A stretch of DNA of 63,993 nt, filler included, from Perkinsus olseni (lineage: Eukaryota): the NCBI GenBank assembly GCA_013115125.1. It is 6 parts of 6 records of this genome, joined end to end, with 100 filler letters (N's around TTAATTAATTAA, not from the genome) between each part and the next. Parts side by side here need not be neighbours in the genome. Positions count along the whole stretch, not along the records: positions 33,319 to 44,291 come from JABANN010000848.1; positions 44,392 to 55,360 come from JABANN010000849.1; 4 more parts are not named here. One strand, written 5' to 3'. The notes below the pieces were generated by a model that saw only the letters and a program-made list of their open reading frames with translations, made no database searches and was not told the DNA's origin. A program made the position numbers and the translations under genes. Positions 40,760-51,607 of this stretch are shown here, in pieces (position 1 is the first letter of the stretch; each line of letters opens with the position of its first letter).

Positions 40760-41775
40760 CGAAGACGACGTGGGGAAGCCGCTCTCATGAAACTGAGATC
40801 CTTAGAAATTCTCGCGCGCCACGAAATGCCTTCGAGTACTTTATGTGTGGGCTGGATCCTGAAGGGAGATCTGTCCCTAGCCTTATCATAGATCGTTTCG
40901 GGACAGCCGAAATCCCACGGCTCCTGGCCAGATATCTTGCACTGTGTTGCAATGATCCACCTGCAACCTAAGATACGCCCAAGTGGGACCTATCATTTTA
41001 CCTAATCATAGCTTCGCTTTGGCGAGGTATCCGAGGGCAAACGAACGAGCTGCCAACTCTGTCCCTGAGGTCCCTACACCTTTGAAGCAGCTTAGAGTTG
41101 GTAAGACCTTCCAGCTGGTCGTACCTATAAATCTAACATCAGTTGGGGGCAAGTTGGTATGAAAATTGGTGACACGCAAAGTAATAGCCTGGAGTGTCGC
41201 CAGAAATGCTCAACGCCTTCAGGACGTGTCCGGTTACTCCGACCAGACCAATCCACAACTCGCCTCTCTCCACTTGTCACAGTCGTATACTGTACACAGT
41301 GAGCCGAATGTCCCATTCTGTTACATACCAACTTTTACAAACATCACAGGTCGTTCATAGCCGAGCTACCACCTTGCCGTCACTTAAAACATCGCCCTGC
41401 CCCCGGCCAGCACAACCATATCGAACAGTGAGATCACTCTTTTGACCACGAAAAAGCAACCCCTCATATTTTACACGATACCGATACACTACAACCGAGT
41501 TCCGAACATCTCACTCGGCCGAGGAAAATGTAACAGGCATGTGCCCCCCCGCTACTACGTCCAGAGATGAAGGGTACCATCCCCAAGCTGCACCTCCATC
41601 GAGACAGAATGCCTCTGGTCACCGCGACTGCTGCTGTGTCGATCTTCTCGTTCCATTCAAAAACTACTGCAACGCCCATCCTCCTCTTTCCAACGCAATT
41701 TCACCGTCCTTTACGTGAGGAAGAAGAAAGGTGGTCCGATAGATACAGTACGTTGATGGCGTTGCTCGATCATCA

Positions 41776-43258
41776 TCACCCAACTGTGAACAACATGACC
41801 TGCCCGCGGGAATTGCCCATGGCCAGCCAGTCGTCCTTAGCGGCAACCGACTCAACTCGGCCGAGGTTACTGATGGTCGTGGGCCAGTTGGAGTAGGTCT
41901 GCCTCGTCACAGCGTTGGTCGCCCGGATAGCCGAGTTCTTAGCATTCGTCGCTCCCAGAAGAATCTTACCTCGAAGCGAGCACACCGCAGTCAGAGGATT
42001 CACCAGAGACTCGCAGACAGTCCTAAACCCTCCAAAACCGCCACCCTCCTTGATGTCGACAACGTCCAGAGTGCCACTAGAGGTACCAAAGGCCAGACCA
42101 TGGTCGAAGGTCGCTCCACAGGTAATAGAGACAGCAAGGTCGTCATGAACCTTAGACAAGCAGCGTCTCGTTCCCACGTCCCACTCGTAGACGTTCGCTC
42201 GCCCATCCGCACATATCAGATGGTCGTTCGTCGGATGCCACATGACAACGCTTGCCGGTGCGCCGAGCTGGAACTTGGCCGCCAGCTTCCGGCTCCTCGT
42301 GTCCGAGACGAGGACCTCCCCACCTTGAGTGGCCATCGCGAAAGACTTGCCGCCAAGCGCGGAGATACTCCACAGTTTCCTGTCCTTTCTCGAGGTCCCG
42401 CAGGCGCCCTTCACGGCCGTCACAGACTGCTTGTTGACGTCGAAGAGACAGACCGTTCCCTGTGGACCAACAGCAGCCACCTCATTGCTGTTGAGAAAGG
42501 CCGCAGACTCGATCTGGAAGTCCTTCAGCTTGGCTGAATACACCTCGGTATTCTTCTTACCGTCGACCTTGTTCAACCGGAAGGAGTCACCGAGCCTGTT
42601 GGCCGAGAGTAGAAGATCTTCTCTCGGATGCCATGCGAGAACGGTGATCGGACTGTAGCCACCCGAGTGCTGCTGTCTCCCACAGACATTAGTGACCCGT
42701 CTGATGGCCAGCTTGGCCGGATCAGAGGCCTTATTGAGGCTGGGGATGAACTCATCGTCAGAATCCTCATCTTCCACAGGCTCGGCCTGAGCCCAGTCCT
42801 GGCGGCCGCTCATCTGGGTGAATCGGTCTCGCAGTCGGGCCTCGTACTCTCGGACGGAGACCTTCACTTCGTCTCGACTAGAACGAAGCTTCTTGAGGCG
42901 GTTGCGGCTGGTCAAGTCGACTTCAGCGTTGGACGCATCATCATCCTCGTCCACCTGCAAAAGCACACAGGTGGCGAATGGCGAAGTATCCAAGGTCGAT
43001 CATAGTATCCGACAAAAACCTACCCATGCGGGCTGTTGAGCAGGCTTCTCAGCATCACTTTGAGTCACTGCGTCCGCTGTCCTGAAATAAAAAGTGGTCG
43101 AACGAAACCTTAGAGGTGATTTTTCCACCGAATTTTCTGTCACCAGGCGGGCTAGTTCAATACAACGTTACTCGGCGCTATGCAATGTCTATGCAAATTA
43201 CAGTGTCGCCGCTAGAGGCGATGATCCCCACCCTCTACTACCTTTCCCTTTTTGTCAT
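41776..43258 (-). CDS. UTP18: U3 snoRNP WD40 protein UTP18
   Basis: Spliced PAW/VDEDD, NRLKKLR, YEARLRDRF, KVDGKKN, TYSNWPT and LAMGNSRG; start exon inferred. Confidence 0.85.
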
Positions 43259-43311
43259 GTCGCAGTTGGAATCGATTACTTTGGCGCGCGCTAACTCCGA
43301 GACGCAACGAC

Positions 43312-44291
43312 ATGATTCTCAAGTGCATCTTCATCTTCAACTTGCAACATGCCTCTTCGTGCTGCTGAGAACCCTCCGGCCGGCCCGTAGGTTTAACGGC
43401 CTCTTCCCTACGATACTGTTACTTCCTTAGACTCGGTCTCGTGCTGTCCGACCCGAACAAGCATCTTAGTGTCACCGCCGCTCTGGTCGTCTCGGCGTCA
43501 CCGCTTCTGTGCATCGCCATTTTGGCCCTTATTCGCATTTGGGTGGTGGTACCGGTGTACTCATGGTGAGCAGCAGTCACGCTAACCCCATTCGGCACGT
43601 TATCTGCTTTTTTCAGGCTGTACATCCTCAACGTTCTGTCCTTCGTGGCGCCCTTCGTTCTGTACTACGCCTTCTTGCGCAACAGCACCGGTTACATGCT
43701 CAGCTTCGGTGTCCTCTCCCTGGCCCTCTTCATTCTCTATGTCGCCTACCTCATCAGAGTGCGTCTCTGTCGATTCCCACGCCCAGGGAGTGCTTGGAAC
43801 CGCCCGTCTTCAGGTATGCAGCTTCGTTATTGCCTGCTATCACTTCAGTCAAGACTGCAAGATCGACGGTTCGAGAGTGGTAGATGCGGTTCAGACCCCT
43901 CGGTAAGAGTCCACTGCCTACGATGGGTTTTCACTCGCAAAAGTAGGTACAAGTGCAGCGACTACAGCGTGGCGGATTTCGTCAATTTCGGTTATTGGGC
44001 TTCAACGAGGTCGGCAACGTGCTGGGGGTACGGCCTACTCTTCGGTATGGTCACGGTCCTGTCCTTGGTAAGTCGTCAAGAACGACAGCAGCCGATCGAG
44101 TACCTGCGCACTTCAGGTCATGGCCGTCTATGGCTTCATTTACGCCGTGAAGTTGCGTAAAGGAATTCTGGTTACGAGGGAAGCGCCCGTTACATACGCC
44201 TACACGGTAAGCCAGTTAAAATGGTCGATGGAATGCCGCGCATAGTTCGGGTGGCGTAGAGAGACGTTGCTTTGGCCTGGCATTCTTCTCT
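43312..44291 (+). CDS. Multi-pass membrane protein, multi-exon, 3' truncated
   Basis: Several hydrophobic exons, e.g. LYILNVLSFVAPFVLYYAF..LSFGVLSLALFILYVAYLI. Confidence 0.55.
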
Positions 44292-44391
44292 NNNNNNNNN
44301 NNNNNNNNNNNNNNNNNNNNNNNNNNNNNNNNNNNTTAATTAATTAANNNNNNNNNNNNNNNNNNNNNNNNNNNNNNNNNNNNNNNNNNNN
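44292..44391. other. Artificial contig linker
   Basis: N44-TTAATTAATTAA-N44. Confidence 0.99.
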
Positions 44392-45580
44392 CTCGTCGAG
44401 AGGGTTGCCAGTGACAAGTCCCTGAGTGGTGTATAGAGGAGAGAGATCGACCTTACTGTTAAGGAGGTACCTCGGTGTACGGGCTTGGGAAGGAGAGCCA
44501 AGAAGGTGAGGGAGCAAGGGCATGCCTTCTAACAGAGTGTCGTCTCTGAGGAACTCGAATATGGGCTTCTTGGCAAGGAAGTAGTCGGGAGACTCGAGCA
44601 TGCAGTACTCCTCACCCAATTGTCATCCCCAATTGCGACAATTTCCCCAGATTGTCGCTGGAGAGGCTCAGACCGACGAGGCCACCTTTCGACTTATCGC
44701 CCCCCCACTTTCTTGATGTCGAACTCTTCAACCGTGGCGTAAACCAGAGTCTCTGGATCAGCATCGCCTCTAGCGGTACCGGTACTCGTTCGAAAGAGCG
44801 TAACCAATGATCCGTAGATAAGATGCGAGCCCAATGTAAAATCCACTGGCCTTGGACAAGAAAACGTGAACTGAACGTAAAGGTTGCCACTCGAGGATAT
44901 AAGGAATGGGCGTCTTGTAGTCCTCACGTGCTCGTAGCATACCGTCCTTGATGTCGCCTCATAAGCCGAGGGTATCCCCATCGCTGGGCACAGGGCCTCC
45001 TTGAGGGGAATAACGAACTCTTGCCTCAAGCAGTGGTAATGTGTGGCCCGGTACAGAAGGAGATCCTGTTCATTCTTAGCATCCCACATGCTGTTGACTC
45101 TGTTCACCAGCCGAGGTTTCTTTTTGTTATAAGTTGGCCCCTCAACGATCTCCTCCAATTGGGGTAGAAGGTTAGCGGCTTTCATGAGCTTGTCACAGAG
45201 CACAACGTCGACGTCCTCAGGCTTGCCCGGCTTCACCATTCCGCGCAGCTTCCTCGAAGCGCCGCCTTCTTTATGAAAAACGAGCTGCTTCATTAGCAGC
45301 TCTAACTGCTCACTATGACCCCCAATGGCTCGAGCACGGGCAGATATCACTTCTGCTGATACCAAGCCCGCTGACTCAGGATCCCAGCGACAAACCTCCA
45401 CCATGACCTTCGTATACTCAATCAGCTGCTGAGACAGACGAACCTTGGCCACGTAATCAGAAGTGGCGACAACCAAGGTGGCGCTCACGGTCTGAATGAG
45501 TTGGTAGAACTTAGCTTTTTCGAAAGCATCCCCAGCCATCACCACTGCGGAGATGAACACACGCATGCCCTCGGGTGTAT
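44392..45580 (-). pseudogene. ZNFX1: ZNFX1-like helicase copy B, N-terminal region downstream of the insertion
   Basis: YRATHYHCLRQEFVIPLKEAL, HLIYGSLVTL and MLESPDYF resemble the ZNFX1 pre-helicase region; frameshifts at the G-run (~44700) and at a short duplication (~44625). Confidence 0.8.
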
Positions 45581-45821
45581 CACGACTCGTACACCGAAAA
45601 CTCGTACACTTTCATTTCGTACACGACTCGTACACTGAATACTCGTTCACCCCTTGGATCCGTACACCGTCATTTCGTACATTTGAAACTCGTACACATA
45701 ATACTCGTACACATAAAACTCATACACGTAAAACTCATACACATAAAACTCATACACCGTCAACTCGTACACGAGCACGACTCGTACACTATGCTGCTTG
45801 AGTCGCATTTTTGGGCCGCAC

Positions 45822-48800
45822 TGTAGAACGCAACCAAGGTAAACGTGGTAGATAAGTTGGGAATCAATGGTATGATAGGAATTGGCTAATGGTAGACAGT
45901 ATGTAGCTTAATAGTAGCGCTCGCCCTGACACAACTCATAGTCTTGTGGTATAACATCTCCTCCTCTTCGAAAAAAAATAGGATATATTCTAAAGCAGTT
46001 TAATATCGTAACCGTGGACAATCACAATATTATCATCTGATTTCTTCACTTGGATTCTATTATCTCCTAATTGCTGTACGACAACGGCAGGCGTCCACCG
46101 CCTTTGAAGTTTAGGAACATTTCCTGAAATCCTGACCAACACATTAAGGCCTGGTTTCAACTGAGTCTTAGTCGGAGACTTCATTATCTCTTGTAAATAG
46201 CTATATGATTCATGACACTCTATGGGAACTTCAGGGCGCATACTCGGGGAAAACTTGAAAATATTAGTATGTGGACTCTCTCCTCGCCGTTGAGGAGTTA
46301 CATTGTACTGATAACAAGCTCTATTTGCCAAATTGAAAAACGTCGCAGTAGAGGCGTTCCCTGTATCAATATGTGCTCGTAAATATTCATTCAAGTATCT
46401 ATGCCATCGTTCTATCTTTCCATTACAAAAACTAGCATGAACTGGATTCAGCAGATGCACTATATTCATCTTCTCCAAGAATGCTTCTATCTCTTTTGAT
46501 TTATACTGGGATCCATTATCCGTGTGCAAGACTAACGGTCGTCGATGGAACGTATCGAAAATTGATTGCAAAAAATTTCGCACATCAATTGACGTTGGCA
46601 TATTCAGACATGGTCGGACGACTACATAATCTGAATAGCTATCTTTCGCTGTTATAACATAATAACGGCTCGATCCACCTGATTGACTGTACGGTCCACA
46701 GATGTCGGAATGAATCCTATCCCAAGGTCTCGGCGCTGTTTTTATCGAAACTAACGGGACCAACGGTTTCTTATCGTTTGGGAAAGCCTTCGCCATGGAA
46801 CACGTTTGGCACTTATAAAGATTACATTCTGATGCCAAACCTGGCATATCAACCCATCTCTTGAGTTTGGCGAATTGTGCAGCTTTACCTTCATGGTCAT
46901 GCGTCAGTGTCAATAACTCCTGTGCCTTATCTCGAGGGATGCTAATACGTTTGTCGTGCACCTGAAATTCACTTAACCATAGCTTCAACTTTTCTGACCG
47001 TTCTTTCTCCTCATTTTCTATACGTGTTGCTGCTAGCACTTGTTGACCATCCTCTTCGCTCTTAGTAGCGATGTCACGTAGTGTTTGGATGAATTTCTTG
47101 GATAACCGTGGATGCAATCTCGATGGCACATCTGCCTTATTATTTTCTGAGGACACATAGCTCACATTAAGGGTTATATTAAATTTCTCGACTATGTCAT
47201 CTATTAATTGCAGTCTGCCTTCAATTGCTACCTTACTCATTCCTTTTATATTTTGCCATTTTCTTTCCTGTTTCCGTGTCAACCAGTGTTGTAACGAAAC
47301 ATTATCTACCCGTAAGTGAACTTCTTGCTTCTTAATATTATATGCTTTCATGTAATCCACCACAAGTTCCATACCTCTGAGCGCTGCTTCTGTTTCAGCT
47401 ATATTTATATGTCTCCTACAATTTTTTGGTCGTAACCATGCTCTATCCTCCACTACTACACCATCAAAACACAATACCGCAGCTAATGCTACAGAACTTG
47501 AATCCGTAAACAGCTCCCACTTCGATACCGGATTTACGGACCATACTCCCTTTACTGGATCCTCCTTTTTGACAACCTGTGCTAATGAGACCCATAATTC
47601 CTTGACTTCATCATTCAAAGGGTAATCTTCATTCTCACAATTTTTCGATCTTTCTACTGCGCTTATTCTTGTGAGCATCGCGGCAGTTACTCGTAACCAT
47701 CCCGCTACGGGATATACTGGCGTTAATCTTCCTATGTACGAAGCTAATTCCGCTTTCGTTTGTGGGATTTTTTCTAGTATGTCAGCTATTGGCTTTCCTC
47801 TACTCCAAGTTCCGTCCTCATTTATGTGTATTCCTAATACTGTCGAACCGTATAATGGCTTAGGAGGTTTTATGTCAAACGAGTTGTTCGCGAGTTCCTT
47901 TTTCACTATAGGAAAGTCTTTTTTATTCACTACCATGTCATCGACAAATTTGTAGACTTTTCGCTTGGTTGGTATTCTTTCTATTATATAGTCCAACGAT
48001 TCATCAAGCGCTTTACCGCTGATATTACAACCGAATCCGGCTCTAGTCATTACATACATGTTGTCTTTACCTTTCAAATGAGGGAATCTTACGCATTGAT
48101 AATACGTTTGTTCTTTCTTAACTCGGATCATCATGTAAGCGTGTTTTATATCTATGGCGAGTGTCTCATTCGGGTCTAGCGTTCTCCAAATCCTTATCAT
48201 TTTTTGGCAGTTGATTGGTTCTCCGCTTGAATTCGGCATACTTTCTATTCGAGAGTTGAGCCAAGTGTAATCAAGTACGACCCTCACTGGTGTAGTTCTA
48301 CCTAGTGATACAACTGGCATCGTCGTTATATACCCTTTCACTTTACACCGCGGAATTTTCACGAAATATTTCCTATCTATCATATCCTGTACGGACTTGT
48401 GAAATAATTCTAGTTCATGTGGGGTTAACTTTTTCATTTGTTCTTCATAATGTGGTGGTCTATATACCATATCTTCCGGTTTTTGCTTCCATATCCATTC
48501 TACTTCCCACATATACTTACTGTCATCTTCATCATTCTTTTTCCGTCTTAATATAATATCTTTGTTCTGAAGGACTACATTATCGACATGCTGAACCGAT
48601 GTTTCCTCGCTGCGCTTTCGTTTCATTACTCTTTGATTTTCTCTCGTTTGCTCCACTGGATCGCCTCCGCTTACCATACCGGCTATCCACGATCCCATAC
48701 TGTTAACTTTCAACGTTAACTGTCCACACGCTCTCAACCAATCCATACCGAACAACGCCTGTATTTGAGTACTTCCCATGCTCAAAATGCTTTCCTGATT

Positions 48801-50368
48801 GACTATCCATGGTTGAACTCCTACTCCGCACAATCTCATTTCGAAACTATCAACTGCTTGATATGCAGTAACTGATCCTGTGAGCGTTGTCAACTTAAGT
48901 TTTTTCTGGGCTTGAGGGATCAAGGAAATACCTGTAGTATCACCAATATATGACGCAACTGTTTCACTGACTACCGAGATCGTACTACCTGTATCGATCA
49001 TCGCCAAGAACTGTTTATTCTCACTCTTTTTACTTGGGCGATCACACCTGAGAATCACGGAGAGATAACGGCTCTCTTGGGTGCAAAGCTCGCCTTCAAT
49101 CACTACGTTCTCAGTGGTCTTATTATTACGCACATTCGAAGGACACTGTGCAGACCTGTGCCCTCGTCCATTGCATGTAAAGCATCTGATGGACCTTTCT
49201 CCTTTTCCTATGGTCTTATAACGGAGACCTTTGCCCTTTCCATACCAAAACCCTTTGCCTTTTCCTTTCGCCCCTTTAGCTTTTCCTTTGCCTTTATACC
49301 CGTAAGCAATAGCAGACACATGCTGGGCTTCATCTTCTGGGGGCTTAGCAACAACAAATCCTTCTGATAACGTCAAACAGCCTTGTACTATATCTCGCCG
49401 ATTCTGCCACAATTCGCGCCACTGTGCGCGAATGGCGGCAAGACCGGGTAAGTCTTGCGGAATTCCATTCCAATATTGTAAGCAGGCAGTCGCATTGACC
49501 CACGTACGGTCTGGACGCACACTCGGGGGTATGGCTGCTGACGCGAGCCTTTGTAGCTCCGTAAGGTACTCTCCAGGAGTTTCACCAACCTTCATCCTCC
49601 TTGTGGTTAACTCCCGCCAGGCCGCAAAAGAACATGGGCCATACCTGTCCAGAAGGACTTTTTTAGCTTGCTTGTACGCAGTCTTGTCATCAATACCACT
49701 ACCAACCTTGACATTCGCACTTACAGTATTATAAGCCGACCCTCTCAGGTTCAACTTCAATAGAGCAAGGCGCTTGTTTACCGGTAGAAATTGTGATAGC
49801 ATCTCCATAGACTCTTCAAATTTCTGTAACCATTGTACCACATCTTCGCCATCATGACCACCGGAGAAAGGGGTCGACATAATGTTGTAGTTCTTCAACG
49901 AACCATTTAGACCATTAGTAACCGATGATGTTGAAGTCAACGACGGCACGCTTTTACCATCATTAGAGTCACTCTTCTGATTAGTTGATGTGCTGCTGGA
50001 GCTCTTATCTTTTGGCACCTGCTCCTCAGTGTCTCCATCGGCAAGATGCTGTTCACGTAGGGAGTCTTCTGTTCTTGCTTTACCATCATCGCCGTCCTCG
50101 ACGACATCTTCTTGTGTTTCTGCTTGCTCACGCTGTTCACTCTCCTGCTGCTCTTCTTCCGGAGTCGCGACTGCTATGAAGTTCTCGAAATCACCAAGCT
50201 CGAGGTTTAAGTCGTCAAAGGGTCTGGGCACCATGTAGAACGCAACCAAGGTAAACGTGGTAGATAAGTTGGGAATCAATGGTATGATAGGAATTGGCTA
50301 ATGGTAGACAGTATGTAGCTTAATAGTAGCGCTCGCCCTGACACAACTCATAGTCTTGTGGTATAACA
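45822..50368 (-). mobile_element. Intact Ty3/Gypsy-order LTR retrotransposon (4547 bp)
   Basis: Identical 135-bp TGT...ACA LTRs (45822-45956, 50234-50368); CGCAC TSD; PBS-like TGGTGCCCAGA; PPT gaagaggaggaga. Confidence 0.97.
45990..50234 (-). CDS. Single-ORF Gag-Pol polyprotein
   Basis: CCHC knuckle CFTCNGRGHRSAQC; protease IDTGS; RT IDIKHAY/FVDD; RNase H FTDSS..HINIAE..VDN..NKAD; integrase HSDICGP/HTDNGSQY/NGKIERW. Confidence 0.96.
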   Translation of the reverse strand: MVPRPFDDLNLELGDFENFIAVATPEEEQQESEQREQAETQEDVVEDGDDGKARTEDSLREQHLADGDTEEQVPKDKSSSSTSTNQKSDSNDGKSVPSLTSTSSVTNGLNGSLKNYNIMSTPFSGGHDGEDVVQWLQKFEESMEMLSQFLPVNKRLALLKLNLRGSAYNTVSANVKVGSGIDDKTAYKQAKKVLLDRYGPCSFAAWRELTTRRMKVGETPGEYLTELQRLASAAIPPSVRPDRTWVNATACLQYWNGIPQDLPGLAAIRAQWRELWQNRRDIVQGCLTLSEGFVVAKPPEDEAQHVSAIAYGYKGKGKAKGAKGKGKGFWYGKGKGLRYKTIGKGERSIRCFTCNGRGHRSAQCPSNVRNNKTTENVVIEGELCTQESRYLSVILRCDRPSKKSENKQFLAMIDTGSTISVVSETVASYIGDTTGISLIPQAQKKLKLTTLTGSVTAYQAVDSFEMRLCGVGVQPWIVNQESILSMGSTQIQALFGMDWLRACGQLTLKVNSMGSWIAGMVSGGDPVEQTRENQRVMKRKRSEETSVQHVDNVVLQNKDIILRRKKNDEDDSKYMWEVEWIWKQKPEDMVYRPPHYEEQMKKLTPHELELFHKSVQDMIDRKYFVKIPRCKVKGYITTMPVVSLGRTTPVRVVLDYTWLNSRIESMPNSSGEPINCQKMIRIWRTLDPNETLAIDIKHAYMMIRVKKEQTYYQCVRFPHLKGKDNMYVMTRAGFGCNISGKALDESLDYIIERIPTKRKVYKFVDDMVVNKKDFPIVKKELANNSFDIKPPKPLYGSTVLGIHINEDGTWSRGKPIADILEKIPQTKAELASYIGRLTPVYPVAGWLRVTAAMLTRISAVERSKNCENEDYPLNDEVKELWVSLAQVVKKEDPVKGVWSVNPVSKWELFTDSSSVALAAVLCFDGVVVEDRAWLRPKNCRRHINIAETEAALRGMELVVDYMKAYNIKKQEVHLRVDNVSLQHWLTRKQERKWQNIKGMSKVAIEGRLQLIDDIVEKFNITLNVSYVSSENNKADVPSRLHPRLSKKFIQTLRDIATKSEEDGQQVLAATRIENEEKERSEKLKLWLSEFQVHDKRISIPRDKAQELLTLTHDHEGKAAQFAKLKRWVDMPGLASECNLYKCQTCSMAKAFPNDKKPLVPLVSIKTAPRPWDRIHSDICGPYSQSGGSSRYYVITAKDSYSDYVVVRPCLNMPTSIDVRNFLQSIFDTFHRRPLVLHTDNGSQYKSKEIEAFLEKMNIVHLLNPVHASFCNGKIERWHRYLNEYLRAHIDTGNASTATFFNLANRACYQYNVTPQRRGESPHTNIFKFSPSMRPEVPIECHESYSYLQEIMKSPTKTQLKPGLNVLVRISGNVPKLQRRWTPAVVVQQLGDNRIQVKKSDDNIVIVHGYDIKLL

Positions 50369-50436
50369 CGCACGCTGAGAGCAATGCCGGAGCGAAGGAA
50401 GTAATATTATCTATAGAGAGCGAATTGTTTGCGCCA

Positions 50437-50530
50437 ACCTGTGAGTAAATATTCAGTAGTGTAAGTGGTATGGAGGTTAAGGTAACGGGTTACCAATCCA
50501 AAGGTCGTGGGCTCGATCCTATGTACAGGT
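50437..50530 (+). other. tRNA-like segment inside the TIR element
   Basis: acctgt/acaggt closing stem, A-box-like tggtatggagg, and aggtc-gtggg-ctcgat-cctat T-arm-like region. Confidence 0.45.
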
Positions 50531-50594
50531 CCGGCGTTGCAGGGAGGAGATAAATCGCGAAGAGTAGGCGGCAGAGCGCCGGCGGAGCCGGCAC

Positions 50595-50649
50595 GAAAAT
50601 TTTTTAGGCAAGTCGCGGAGCCGCTCCGCGACTTGCCCAAAAAATTTTC
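50595..50649. repeat. Palindrome, 27-bp arms (1 mismatch), 1-nt centre
   Basis: gaaaattttttaggcaagtcgcggagc-c-gctccgcgacttgcccaaaaaattttc. Confidence 0.95.
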
Positions 50650-50916
50650 ACTGGGTGTACGAAATGACGGTGTACGAGTTGAAAGTGGGTGTGTGTATGA
50701 AATGACGATGTACGAGCATTATGTGTACGAGTGTTCTGTATGCGAGGTTTATGTGTACGAGTATTTTGCGTACGAGTTTTACATGTACGAGTTTTCAGTG
50801 TATGAGTTTTCCGTGTACGAGTCCTCAGTGTACGGGTATTCGGTGTACGAGTCAGAGGTGTACGAGTATTCGAGACATGAGTCGAAAATGTACGAGTTTT
50901 CGGTGTACGAGTCGTG

Positions 50917-51316
50917 AACATCCCATGCCCTCGGCGTCGATGATCCCCAGAAGGTCCCTGATCTTCTCGCGGAGGCCGTTGCAGACCTTCAAGCATAGAT
51001 CGGGATCTTCCTTGTCTAGGGTTCGACGTAGTATAAGCGTTAGCTCAGACGATGATCGTATCCTCGTCGCAGAGTTCGCGATAGCACGCTCCGAGAATGC
51101 ACTAGTGTTCCCATACATGCCCGCGAAACCGCAATGGCCCTTGCCATTTCCAGAAGAACCACGACCCTTAGACGGCAGACGACCACCAACACCCTTGCCC
51201 GGGAGACGACCACGCCCTTTACCGCCACCCTTACCTTTCCCTTTGGCAGTGCCGGGTTTCCCGGCAGCCGGGTTCCTCGAAGCTGAAGACGCTCCGAAGC
51301 GTTTGGGCGGAGGCAT
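50917..51316 (-). pseudogene. ZNFX1: ZNFX1-like copy B, first coding segment (KG-rich N-terminus)
   Basis: MPPPKRFG...DAEGMGC joins in frame to YTPEGMRVF once 45581-50916 is removed. Confidence 0.75.
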
Positions 51317-51607
51317 GAAGCACGAGCAAACTGGGGAGCAGGGGGATGACTAGAGCACAAATCCGGGAAACACTGAATGCTCTCACATGTACCGTCGAAC
51401 GACACTTATGCCGTTTTCTCGCTACCGGGACCCACCACTTTGAGAAACACGTATCCCAGCAGACTAAAAGAAATGAGAATGGATGATTCGACAGGCGCTG
51501 ACAATACGGTTCCTTAGTCAACCGTTCGCAACTCGCAGATGAAGAAAATTGTTGATGATCGAGCAGCGACTGTCCATCAAGGACAGGCTCAGGAATCCAT
51601 CGTTGGC

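Larger units (their letters stand above)
45581..50916. mobile_element. Non-autonomous TIR element (~0.78 kb without the nested LTR element), CAC...GTG ends, subterminal GTACGAG arrays
   Basis: Perfect 28-bp TIR cacgactcgtacaccgaaaactcgtaca; ctcgtacac arrays on the left and gtgtacgag arrays on the right with a ~15-nt period; no transposase. Confidence 0.9.

Noticed and set aside
50656-50916. CRISPR-like array or YE/TRT-repeat proteins
   Set aside because: Short ~15-nt-period motifs without unique spacers and no cas genes; these are subterminal repeats of the TIR element, and the ORFs are by-products.
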